From Gemmatimonadota bacterium (lineage in GTDB: Bacteria > Gemmatimonadota > Gemmatimonadetes > Gemmatimonadales > GWC2-71-9), in the NCBI GenBank assembly GCA_039586895.1, contig JBDHJM010000007.1:11263-75262 (forward strand): a stretch of 64,000 nt of DNA. Reading direction: 5' to 3'. The position numbers and the translations under genes are program-made. Shown one piece after another: positions 1-8,249 of this stretch (positions within the stretch are counted from its first letter, which is position 1; each line of letters begins with the position of its first letter). The notes below the pieces were generated by a model, which saw only the letters and a list, made by a program, of their open reading frames with translations, did no database searches and had not been told where the DNA came from.

Positions 1-1296
1 GACACCGCGCTCCACGGCCTCCTTGGCCAGGGCCGCCGCCGCGGCGTATCCGATGCGGGGGGCCAGGGCGGTGACGATGGCAGGGCTCAGCTCCAGCCAG
101 CGGGCGGTCTGCTCCTCGTCGGGCTCGATCCCGGCGACGCAGCGCTCGGCCAGGACCCTGCTCGCGCTGGTGAGTATCTCCGTGGCGAAGAACAGGTTCT
201 GGGCGATCACGGGCATCATCACGTTGAGCTCGAGCTGACCCGCCTCCGCCGCGGCGGCCACCGTCGCGTCGTTACCCATGACCTGGTAGCAGACCATGTT
301 CACCATCTCGGCGATCACCGGGTTGACCTTCCCGGGCATGATGCTCGAGCCTGGCTGCACCGCCGGCAGGCGGATCTCGGCCAGTCCGGTGCGGGGACCC
401 GACGCCAGCAGCCGGAGGTCGCTGGCGATCTTGCTCAGGTCCACAGCGTAAGCGCGCAGCGCGCCGCTGAACGCCACCTGATCGCCCATGGACTGCATCA
501 GCTGCACCCGGTCCTGCCCCTCACGCAGCTCCAGGCCGCTCACCACCGCGAGCTGCTGCACGATGAGCGCCGGGTACTCAGGCTCCACGTTGAGCCCGGT
601 GCCCACTGCCGACCCGCCGATGCCGAGCTCGCGCAGCGCGGCGGCGGCGGCCGCAACGCGCGCGCGGTGGCGCTCCACCGTGTGGCCGTACGCGGTGAAC
701 TCCTGGCCCAGCCGGATGGGAGTCGCGTCCTGCAGATGGGTGCGGCCCGCCTTCACAAGCCCGTCGAAGGCACTGCCGCGCTCGAGCAGCGCCTCGGCCA
801 GCAGGGCCAGCGCCTCGTCCAGCGCCGGCAGCAGCGCGAGTGCTCCCAGCCTGATGGCCGTGGGGATGGTGTCGTTGGTGCTCTGCGCCATGTTCACGTG
901 GTCGTTGGGATGAACCGGCGCGTACTCTCCGCGCTTCCCGCCGAGCAGCTCATTGGCGCGGTTCGCGAGCACCTCGTTGACGTTCATGTTGTGGCTGGTG
1001 CCAGCTCCCGCTTGGTAGGGGTCCACCACGAACTGGTCGCGGTGCTGCCCCGCGAGGACCTCGTCGGCGGCGGCCACGATCGCGTCGGCCAGCTCGGCGT
1101 CGAGCCGTCCGGTCTCCCGGTGCACCAGTGCCGCGGAGCGCTTGATCCAGACCATCGCGTCCACGAACACGGGCAGCGGCATGAGACCCGAGATTGGGAA
1201 GTTGTGCCGCGCACGCTCCGTCTGAATGCCCCACAGCGCCCACGCCGGCACCGGCAGCTCGCCCAGTGGATCCTGCTCCAAACGAGTCTCGTTCAC
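1..1296 (-). CDS. aspA: aspartate ammonia-lyase (class II fumarase/aspartase family); C-terminus cut by window edge
   Basis: Reverse-strand translation from GTG at 1296 reads VNETRLEQDPLGE...QSTNDTIPTA...GRTHLQDATPIRLGQEF...GSSIMPGKVNPVIAEM (lyase-1 signature). QSTND and KVNPV favour aspartase over fumarase. It is absent from the ORF track because no stop lies in the window. Confidence 0.85.
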   Translation of the reverse strand, partial: MNETRLEQDPLGELPVPAWALWGIQTERARHNFPISGLMPLPVFVDAMVWIKRSAALVHRETGRLDAELADAIVAAADEVLAGQHRDQFVVDPYQAGAGTSHNMNVNEVLANRANELLGGKRGEYAPVHPNDHVNMAQSTNDTIPTAIRLGALALLPALDEALALLAEALLERGSAFDGLVKAGRTHLQDATPIRLGQEFTAYGHTVERHRARVAAAAAALRELGIGGSAVGTGLNVEPEYPALIVQQLAVVSGLELREGQDRVQLMQSMGDQVAFSGALRAYAVDLSKIASDLRLLASGPRTGLAEIRLPAVQPGSSIMPGKVNPVIAEMVNMVCYQVMGNDATVAAAAEAGQLELNVMMPVIAQNLFFATEILTSASRVLAERCVAGIEPDEEQTARWLELSPAIVTALAPRIGYAAAAALAKEAVERGV

Positions 1297-1397
1297 GTGC
1301 TCACCGCCTTCGGTCAATCCGGCGTCGGTATCGAGCCAGGAATCCGTCACGGCCGGATCGCATCAAGGGAAACACGCCGCGGTACCGAGTCGTGCCT

Positions 1398-1958
1398 TCA
1401 CCGCGTCACCTCCACCCGCAGCGCGTCGTTGAAGCGATTGAAGTAAGCGAACAAGCCGGCCACCAGCGTGATCTCAACGATCTCCCCTTCGTCCCAGTGA
1501 GCCGCCAGCTCGCCGTACGCCTCCTCGCTCACCGCGTGCCCGCTCTGGTTCACCAGCTCTGCGTGGCGCAGGGCGGCGAGCCATCCCGGCTCCATGCCGA
1601 CGAGGGATCCCGCGACATCGGAAGCCTCCTCGGGACTCTCCGCGCGCACCGCGGCGATCCACTCCTCGCGTGCTCCCAGCCGCCTCGCCAAGGCGGTGTG
1701 CGAAGCCAGTCAGTAGCGGCACCGGTTGATGGACGACACCCGCACCGAGATCAGCTCCTTGAGCAGGGGCGGTACCTCGCCCTCGGTCATCACGGTGCCG
1801 AAGTGCGCTATGAGCGTGCTGAGGTGCTTGGGCCGCACGGCCACCGTGCGGAACATGTTCGGGATGTTGCCGCGCTCGCGCAGGAACTTGTCGAAGATGC
1901 CGCGGGTCTCGGGTGTCACCTCGTCGGGCGTGCGCGGACGGATGCGGGGCTCGGTCAT
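1398..1958 (-). CDS. AhpD/carboxymuconolactone-decarboxylase-family protein with in-frame TGA (codon 83, 1710..1712), predicted selenocysteine
   Basis: ORF-track fragments 1710..1958 and 1398..1691 share one frame (561 nt = 187 codons). The junction reads INRCRY-[TGA]-LASHTAL, which is CxxCxxxH with TGA in place of the second Cys. Confidence 0.7.
1680..1696 (-). other. candidate SECIS-like hairpin downstream of UGA 1712..1710
   Basis: The mRNA sense reads CCGCC-UUGGCGA-GGCGG and begins 13 nt after the UGA. Flanking GCU/AGC could extend the stem. Judged by eye only. Confidence 0.3.
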
Positions 1959-1970
1959 GACAGTTCGGCC

Positions 1971-2195
1971 TCAGTCGGAGCAGTCGCCGAGGGGATACAC
2001 GAATCCGCAGTTGCGGCACGGGTTCTTGCAGCCGGACGCGCGCAGGGTGACCTCGAATCCACACCGGATGCAGAGATGAAGCGCGCCTGAATGTGTGGCG
2101 CCGCGAAGGCGGGGGTCCCCCTGAGCGAACGTTGGCCACTGCACAGTTCGTGAGGGGGGATCCCCCGCCACGCGGCGCCACATCCCGTCAGTCAA
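1971..2195 (-). CDS. small Cys-rich (zinc-ribbon-like) hypothetical protein
   Basis: The C-terminal half LCIRCGFEVTLRASGCKNPCRNCGFVYPLGDCSD has CxxC...CxxxCxxC spacing and strong GC3 bias. The TTG start overlaps the MBL stop, and an alternative ATG lies 4 codons in. The N-terminal half is weaker. Confidence 0.35.
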   Translation of the reverse strand: MTDGMWRRVAGDPPSRTVQWPTFAQGDPRLRGATHSGALHLCIRCGFEVTLRASGCKNPCRNCGFVYPLGDCSD

Positions 2196-2850
2196 GAGGA
2201 ATGGCTCCCGTAACGAACGGGTTCATGCGGCGCTCCGCGCCAATCGTGGTCTCAGGCCCGTGCCCTGAATAGACCACGGTCTCGTCCGGCAGCGTCATGA
2301 GCTGATCGCGGATGCTGGCCAGCAGAGTGGCCCCGTTGCCGCCGGGCAAATCCACGCGGCCCACCGATCCGGCGAACACCGCGTCACCCACGATGGCCAC
2401 GCCGTGTCCCACGAAGGCCACGCTGCCGGGGCTGTGCCCTGGCACGTGGCGCACCTCGAAGGAGAGCCCGCCCACGGTCATCACGTCACCGTGCGCCAGC
2501 TCGTGCTCGGGGGGCGGGGGCTGCTTGGCCCGCACGCCGAGCCAGGCGCCCTGCTCCTCGACTCCGTCGTACAGTGGCCGGTCGGCGGGGTGCAGGTGCA
2601 CCGGCACGCCGGTCCGCTCCACGACTTCACTCAATCCCAGGATGTGGTCCAGGTGGGCGTGCGTGAGCCACACGGCGCGTGGCGTCAGCCCCTCTGCTTC
2701 GAGGCGCCGCAAGAAGAGGTCGGCCTCCTCACCCGGATCGATGATGACGGCGTCGCCGGCTTCGCGGTCGACCAGGAGAAAGCAGTTCTCCTGGAACACG
2801 CTGTTGGTGAGGCAGATGACCTCAGGGCGAGGCAAGCGCCTCCTGCTCAT
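2188..2850 (-). CDS. MBL-fold metallo-hydrolase (glyoxalase II-like)
   Basis: Motifs seen are THAHLDH, VPGHSPGS and a C-terminal GHG. I chose the internal ATG (MSRRRLPRPEVICL...) rather than the long ORF-track start at 2967. Confidence 0.8.
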   Translation of the reverse strand: MSRRRLPRPEVICLTNSVFQENCFLLVDREAGDAVIIDPGEEADLFLRRLEAEGLTPRAVWLTHAHLDHILGLSEVVERTGVPVHLHPADRPLYDGVEEQGAWLGVRAKQPPPPEHELAHGDVMTVGGLSFEVRHVPGHSPGSVAFVGHGVAIVGDAVFAGSVGRVDLPGGNGATLLASIRDQLMTLPDETVVYSGHGPETTIGAERRMNPFVTGAIPLD

Positions 2851-3904
2851 TGGCCTCCCGGGCCTGGTCGCGCCGCTCTGTGAGGTGCTTCTCGACCGCG
2901 ATTGCCGCGGTGGTCGCATCGCCCACGGCCGTCGTGATCTGCCTGACGAGCTGGACCCTGAGGTCACCGGCGGCGAACAGCCCCTCTATGGACGTCATCA
3001 TATTGCTGTCCGTGACGATGTACCCGCCGGAGTCGTGCTCGAAGTGACCCTTGATGAGGCCGGAGTTGGGCGTGAAGCCTATGAAGATGAACACGCCGCC
3101 CACGTCGAGCTGTGAAGTCTCGCCGGTCTGCGTGTCCTTCAGCTCGAGGTGCGTGACGCCCCTGGGCGCGCCGTGGACCTCCTCCACGACCTTGTTCCAC
3201 ACGACCTCGATCTTGGGGTTGTTGAGCGCCCGCTTCTGCACGATGGGCTTGGCGCGCAGCTCGTCGCGCCGGTGCACGATGTACACCTTCTCCGCGTAGC
3301 GCGTCAGGTAGTCGGCCTCCTCGACGGCCGCGTCGCCGCCGCCCACCACGGCCAAAACCTCGCCCTTGAAGAATGCGCCGTCGCACACGGCACAGTACGA
3401 CACCCCGCGTCCCGCGTACTCCTGCTCTCCGGGCACCCCCAGCTTGCGCGGGGTGCCTCCCGCGGTGAGGATCACGGCCGGGGCGCGGTACGTGACCCCC
3501 TTCTCGGTGACCACGTCGAACTCGCCGTCCTCGCGCTTCGCTATGGACTGCACGGTGTCGGTCACCAGCTCGGCACCGAACTTGAGCGCGTGGTCGGTCA
3601 TCTTCTGTGCCAGCTCGGGTCCCTTGATGCTCTCGAACCCCGGGTAGTCCTCGACGAGCTCCGTATTCAGGATCTCGCCCCCGGGAGCTCCCCGCTCGAG
3701 CAGCAGCGTCTTGAGCATTCCCCGTCCCGAGTACATCGCTGCGCAAAGGCCTGCGGGGCCGCCGCCCACGATGATCACGTCATATGTCTGAACTCGGCTC
3801 TGCTGTTTCTCAGCCACTGGTTCCTCTGCGTGCCGTTGTCCTTCATCCTGGGCCGGGACCCTGCCCGGCCACCCGTTCGCCTCCAGCCCGAGAACGAAGC
3901 GCAC
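2822..3904 (-). CDS. trxB: thioredoxin-disulfide reductase
   Basis: Contains YDVIIVGGGPAGL (FAD site), the redox-active CAVCDG, and VVGGGDAAVEEA (NADPH site). The true start may be the GTG at 3817 (VAEKQQSRVQTYDV) preceded by GAGGAA. Confidence 0.9.
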   Translation of the reverse strand: MRFVLGLEANGWPGRVPAQDEGQRHAEEPVAEKQQSRVQTYDVIIVGGGPAGLCAAMYSGRGMLKTLLLERGAPGGEILNTELVEDYPGFESIKGPELAQKMTDHALKFGAELVTDTVQSIAKREDGEFDVVTEKGVTYRAPAVILTAGGTPRKLGVPGEQEYAGRGVSYCAVCDGAFFKGEVLAVVGGGDAAVEEADYLTRYAEKVYIVHRRDELRAKPIVQKRALNNPKIEVVWNKVVEEVHGAPRGVTHLELKDTQTGETSQLDVGGVFIFIGFTPNSGLIKGHFEHDSGGYIVTDSNMMTSIEGLFAAGDLRVQLVRQITTAVGDATTAAIAVEKHLTERRDQAREANEQEALASP

Positions 3905-3946
3905 GGCGCCGATGTTCCCGCCGCACGCCGCCCACCCGTAAAGTAC

Positions 3947-4387
3947 CTAACGCAGTGTCGCCAGGCTCTGGTCGGGGCCCGGCGCCCCGCGCGCCGCGAA
4001 CTCTACGGTGCCGTCCTGCTTCACCAGCACCACGGTGCGCTGGATCTTCTTCCCGTCGGGCTTGAGCGCACCGAAAGCCGCGATCGCGTTCCGGGTGGGG
4101 TCGCTCAGCAGCGGGAACGGCAGCTTTAGTTTGTTGGCGTACTTGAGGTGGCTGTCCACCCCGGCGAAGTTCACTCCGAAGGGCCGGACGTTGGCTGCTC
4201 TGTAGGTCTCGATCTCATCGCGCACGGCGGAGAGTTGCTTGTTTCAGCCAGGCGTGTTGTTGCCGGGATAGAAGATGAGCAGCACGTGGGACTCATCGAG
4301 CACGTCACGCAGCCTGTAGCGAGTCCCGTCGGACGCCTCCAGCGCGAAGTCCGGTGCGGCGGTGCCGACCGCGATCAAGTCATCCAT
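3947..4387 (-). CDS. peroxiredoxin (AhpC/TSA/Bcp type) with in-frame TGA (codon 48, 4244..4246), predicted selenocysteine
   Basis: Fragments 4244..4447 and 3947..4225 share one frame (441 nt = 147 codons). The junction reads LLIFYPGNNTPG-[TGA]-NKQLSAVRDEIETY, against the Prx consensus FYPxxxTPGC. The ATG at 4387 overlaps the PHP stop by 1 nt, with GGAGG upstream. Confidence 0.7.
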
Positions 4388-5238
4388 CACGTTGCCTCCG
4401 GTAGTTCGGTTCTCTGTAGGTGCAGCGTCCGGAGCCGCTCGAGCCACTCCTCCGGAATGGTGATCGACCCCAGAGCGGCGCGCTCCGGGGGAGTGGCGCA
4501 GTCACCGTGCCAGTCGGTGCCCCCGGTCGGCAGCAGGTCCAGCTCGGCGGCCAGCCGCTCCACCCGCTGCACGGTAGCCTCGTCATGCGCAGGGTGCATG
4601 ACCTCCACTCCGTCCAGTCCGGCGCCGCGCAGCTGCCGTAGGATGCCCCGGGTCGCGCGATCTCTCAAGTGTGCAGCCGAGGTCACGCCGCCCACCTCAC
4701 GCACCAGCGCGGTCACGTCGGCGACGGGCGGGAGCTCCTTGGGGACGAATGCGGGACGGCGCCACCCCAGGTACCTGCGGAACGCAGTGTCCACGTCGGG
4801 CACCAGCCCGCCGTCCACCAGAGCGCGGGCCACGTGGGGCCGGCCGATCGCCTCGCCGCTGGACGCCTGCAGCACCTGCTCCACCGTTATCACTGCCCCC
4901 GCCTTGTTGAGCCGCTCCACGATGCGCTCGGCGCGGCGGCGGCGCTTGAGCCGCTGGTCCAGCAGGAAGGCGTTGAGCCGCTCGTCGTCGGCGGGAAGGA
5001 AGTAGGCCAGCAGATGCATCTCCCCCCAAGGGGCCGCGACCGAGAACTCGCAGCCGGTGACGACGTCCACTCCCACGGCGCGCCCCTCCTGCTCGGCCGC
5101 GGGCAATCCAGCCAGCGAATCGTGGTCCGTGAGTCCGATCGTGGTGAGGCCGGCGGCCGCCGCACGCCGCACGACCTCCTCGGGCGCGCAGTCCCCATCG
5201 GACGCGGTCGAGTGCATGTGCAGATCGACCGAGCCCAC
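4387..5238 (-). CDS. PHP-domain phosphoesterase (TrpH/YciV-like)
   Basis: The N-terminus VDLHMHSTASDGD and the following GLTDHDS are typical PHP motifs. GTG start. Confidence 0.85.
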   Translation of the reverse strand: MGSVDLHMHSTASDGDCAPEEVVRRAAAAGLTTIGLTDHDSLAGLPAAEQEGRAVGVDVVTGCEFSVAAPWGEMHLLAYFLPADDERLNAFLLDQRLKRRRRAERIVERLNKAGAVITVEQVLQASSGEAIGRPHVARALVDGGLVPDVDTAFRRYLGWRRPAFVPKELPPVADVTALVREVGGVTSAAHLRDRATRGILRQLRGAGLDGVEVMHPAHDEATVQRVERLAAELDLLPTGGTDWHGDCATPPERAALGSITIPEEWLERLRTLHLQRTELPEAT

Positions 5239-5240
5239 GA

Positions 5241-5516
5241 CTATTTGGCCGTGCGACCGTAGCGCGTTTCGGGACTGGTTCGCTCCGCCTGTGAGTGATG
5301 GAACAGGTCGGAGAGCTGTCGGTCGGTGAGCTCGGTGAGCGCGGCATCCCAGCGGCGCGCGCCCAGCGGCGAGAACCGCGATACGCGCCGCACCCTGCCC
5401 GGGCCGGTGCCCTTTTCGAACACCAGCCCGAACTCATCCCTGTGGTAGCTGGTCACGCGGCCCGAGGGGTAGACGCGCCAGTGCTCGCCGTCGATCTCAA
5501 TCGTGCGGCGCGCCAC
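5241..5516 (-). CDS. hypothetical protein (91 aa)
   Basis: It fills the gap between E2 and the PHP gene on the same strand with a GTG start and GC3 bias. No motif recognised. Confidence 0.45.
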   Translation of the reverse strand: MARRTIEIDGEHWRVYPSGRVTSYHRDEFGLVFEKGTGPGRVRRVSRFSPLGARRWDAALTELTDRQLSDLFHHSQAERTSPETRYGRTAK

Positions 5517-5517
5517 G

Positions 5518-6861
5518 TCAGGCTACCCCGTCCGTGTAATCCTCGAGGTCGCGCTTCACGTCCGCCATGAACCGGTCGGCGTCGGCTCCGTCCACGATGC
5601 GGTGATCGTACGACAGCGAAAGCATCCCCATCGTGCGGATCGCGATCACGTCCTGGCCGTCTTCGAGCGTCATCACCTTGGGCCGCTTCTCGATGGCGCC
5701 GATGCCCATGATGGCAACCTGGGGCTGGTTGATGATCGGCGCGCCCGCGAACGACCCGAACCCGCCGGGGTTGGTGATGGTGAACGTGCCCTGCTGCACC
5801 TCGTCCGGGTTCAGCCGCTTGGTGCGGGCGCGCTCCGCCAGATCCGCCACGCGCTTGGAGATGCCGAACAGCGACAGCTCGTCGGCGTGCTTCAGCACGG
5901 GGACGATGAGCCCCCAGTCGAGCGCGACCGCGATACCGATGTTGATGTCCTTGCGGTAGATGATCGTGTCGCCGCTCACCGACGAGTTGACCACGCGATG
6001 CCGGCGCAGGTTGTCGGCCACCACCTCGATGATGAACGACAGGTACGTGGGGTTGGCGCCCTTCTCCGCGAAGTCCGCCTTGAGCCGGCGCCGCACCTGC
6101 GATATCGGAGTGAAGTCCACCTCGTAGAAGCTGGTCACGTGCGCCGAGATGCGGCGCGAGACGACCATGTGATCCGCGGTGAGCTTGCGGATGCGGCTCA
6201 TCGGCTGGACCTCGTCGCCGGGCCACGCCTCCACGGTGGGGTGCGCTACGTCTCCCGAAGGCGCGGCCGCGCCGGCGCGTGCCGCCGGTGCCGCCGGGGC
6301 GGCGGCCGCGGCCCCGCCCTCGATGAAGGCCATGATGTCCTTCTTCGTCACCCGCCCGGCGTGACCCGTGCCCTGCACCGAGCCGATGTCCACCCCGTGC
6401 TCTGCTGCGATGCGCCGCACCAGGGGGGTGGAGCGCCGCTTGACCCGCTCGTCCGCGCTCTCTCCCCTGCCGTCGCCGGATGGCTGTGTCGCAGGAGGCG
6501 GGGCGGGAGCTGCTGCTGCCGGAGCCGCTTCGACCTGCGGGGCCGGCGCCGCGGCCGGCGCAGCAGTTGCCGCAGGAGCAGCGGCGGCGGTCGGTGGGGG
6601 CGCGGCCTCTGCTGCGCCCTTCTCGGTCTCGATCACGGCCACCACGGTCTGCACCTCTACGGTCTGCCCCTCTTCGACCTTGATCTCGGTGAGCACACCC
6701 GAGGCCGGTGAGGGAATCTCGGCATCCACCTTGTCGGTGGAGATCTCGAGGATCGCCTCGTCCCGCTTGACCTCTTCACCCACTTGTTTCAGCCAGCGGG
6801 AGACCGTCCCCTCGGCGATCGACTCTCCCATCTGCGGCATGATTACATCTACACGCGCCAT
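5518..6861 (-). CDS. 2-oxoacid dehydrogenase E2 (dihydrolipoamide acyltransferase)
   Basis: Has a lipoyl domain (EISTDKVDAEIPSP), an Ala/Pro linker, a subunit-binding domain (PLVRRIAAEHGVD) and the catalytic SYDHRIVDGADA. AGGAG lies upstream of the ATG. Confidence 0.9.
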   Translation of the reverse strand: MARVDVIMPQMGESIAEGTVSRWLKQVGEEVKRDEAILEISTDKVDAEIPSPASGVLTEIKVEEGQTVEVQTVVAVIETEKGAAEAAPPPTAAAAPAATAAPAAAPAPQVEAAPAAAAPAPPPATQPSGDGRGESADERVKRRSTPLVRRIAAEHGVDIGSVQGTGHAGRVTKKDIMAFIEGGAAAAAPAAPAARAGAAAPSGDVAHPTVEAWPGDEVQPMSRIRKLTADHMVVSRRISAHVTSFYEVDFTPISQVRRRLKADFAEKGANPTYLSFIIEVVADNLRRHRVVNSSVSGDTIIYRKDINIGIAVALDWGLIVPVLKHADELSLFGISKRVADLAERARTKRLNPDEVQQGTFTITNPGGFGSFAGAPIINQPQVAIMGIGAIEKRPKVMTLEDGQDVIAIRTMGMLSLSYDHRIVDGADADRFMADVKRDLEDYTDGVA

Positions 6862-6945
6862 GCGTAGCTCCTGCCTGCCTGCATCAGTTCGTGGTCCACC
6901 AACATAGCCGGGTCCGGGCGGCGGCGGGAGTGCGTCGGGATCACC

Positions 6946-7923
6946 CTAGTACACCAGCAGCTGCCGTGCGGCCCGCACGATGTCGTCGGTCTGCGGCAGC
7001 ACGAAATCCTCGAGTGGCGCGGCATACGGGATCGGGGTGTCCTCTGCCGTCACGCGCAGGATCGGCCCGTCCAGCCACTCGAAGGCCTGCTCGTTCACGC
7101 GGGCCGCGATCTCCCCGGCCACGCCTCCCGTGCGGGTGTCCTCGTGCGCTACCAGCAGCCTGCTGGTCTTGCGCACCGATTCGACGATCGCCGCGTCGTC
7201 CATCGGAAGCAGCGTGCGGAGGTCGATCACCTCCACCGACGCGCCCTCGCCCTCGAGCACCGCGGCGGCCTCGAGCGCCTTCCACACGGTGGCCGACCAG
7301 CTCACGATGGTCAGGTCGCTTCCCTCACGCGCGATCCGGGCGCTGCCGATGGGAGTGAGTACGTCCTCTCCTTCCGGCAGCTCCTCCTTCACGCGGCGGT
7401 ACAGGTACTTGTGCTCGAAGTAGATGACCGGGTCGGGATCGCGCACCGCGGCCTTGATGAGCCCCTTCGCGTCCCGCGCCGTTGCCGGACACACCAGCTT
7501 GAGTCCCGGCGTGTGGAAAAAGGCGGCCTCGGGAACCTGGGAGTGGAACGGTCCGCCCCGCACGTACCCGCCGGCCGGGCCCCGCACCACCATGGACGAG
7601 TCCAGTCCGGCTCGGTAGCGCGCCGTCGCCACGTAGTTGGTGAGGATGTCGTAGGCGCACGAGATGAAGTCGATGAACTGCATCTCGACTACCGGGAGCA
7701 GCCCCATGTGCGCCGCGCCCGCTGCCGCTCCCACCACGGCCGTCTCGGATATGGGCGTGTCGATGACGCGCCCGTCGCCGAAGCGGTCGCGGAAGCCGGC
7801 GGTGAGCTTGAAGGCGCCGCCGTACAAACCGATGTCCTCACCCAGGAGGAGGACGCGCTCGTCGCGCTCCATCTCCTCCCAGAGGCCCTCCCGCAGGGCC
7901 TCGATGTAGGTCAGCTCAGGCAT
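6946..7923 (-). CDS. 2-oxoacid dehydrogenase E1 component, beta subunit
   Basis: MPELTYIEALREGLWEEMERDERVLLLGEDIG...GRVIDTPISE is a typical transketolase-like pyrimidine-binding/C-terminal E1-beta. Confidence 0.9.
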   Translation of the reverse strand: MPELTYIEALREGLWEEMERDERVLLLGEDIGLYGGAFKLTAGFRDRFGDGRVIDTPISETAVVGAAAGAAHMGLLPVVEMQFIDFISCAYDILTNYVATARYRAGLDSSMVVRGPAGGYVRGGPFHSQVPEAAFFHTPGLKLVCPATARDAKGLIKAAVRDPDPVIYFEHKYLYRRVKEELPEGEDVLTPIGSARIAREGSDLTIVSWSATVWKALEAAAVLEGEGASVEVIDLRTLLPMDDAAIVESVRKTSRLLVAHEDTRTGGVAGEIAARVNEQAFEWLDGPILRVTAEDTPIPYAAPLEDFVLPQTDDIVRAARQLLVY

Positions 7924-8131
7924 CTACCGTGGCCGCGTAACCGGTCGCGGTCACCACCTCGGCCAGGCCGTCGGCCTGCACCTTGCCGTCGTCGAAGTCG
8001 ACCTCGGCCGTGCCGCCGTCGAGGTCCACGAACGCACTCCACACTCCCGGCGTGCCGGTGAGGGCCTTCTCGACCTTGGCGACGCAGTGCTCGCAGGTCA
8101 TGCCGGATACCTTCAGTCGAACCGATGCCAT
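7916..8131 (-). CDS. copZ: heavy-metal-associated (HMA) domain metallochaperone, CopZ-like
   Basis: Carries a GMTCEHC metal-binding motif in a 71-aa ferredoxin-like protein. Confidence 0.85.
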   Translation of the reverse strand: MASVRLKVSGMTCEHCVAKVEKALTGTPGVWSAFVDLDGGTAEVDFDDGKVQADGLAEVVTATGYAATVDA

Positions 8132-8249
8132 GTGCGTCTCGATGTTGGTGGTTTGTCCGGTAACAACAATCGGCGGTCCACGGTGCCCGGAAACGGATGC
8201 CCCGCCCCAGCTCCCCGCGAACCGCCTGCCATACTGCCCTGCCGAGCGG

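Noticed and set aside
1971-1973. A third possible selenocysteine: the TGA ending the small Cys-rich ORF is in frame with the AhpD-like ATG 12 nt downstream (..GDCSD-TGA-GRTV-MTEPR..).
   Set aside because: A one-in-three frame coincidence is enough to explain it. No catalytic motif surrounds this TGA, and the AhpD-like protein has a normal N-terminus from its own ATG. I treat it as a real stop.
1710-4246. The two TGA-interrupted genes read as ordinary pseudogenes.
   Set aside because: Both stops fall exactly on catalytic Cys columns (TPG-C and CxxC). The frames and coding bias stay intact downstream, and both genes flank trxB. Pseudogenisation remains the fallback if the genome lacks Sec machinery.
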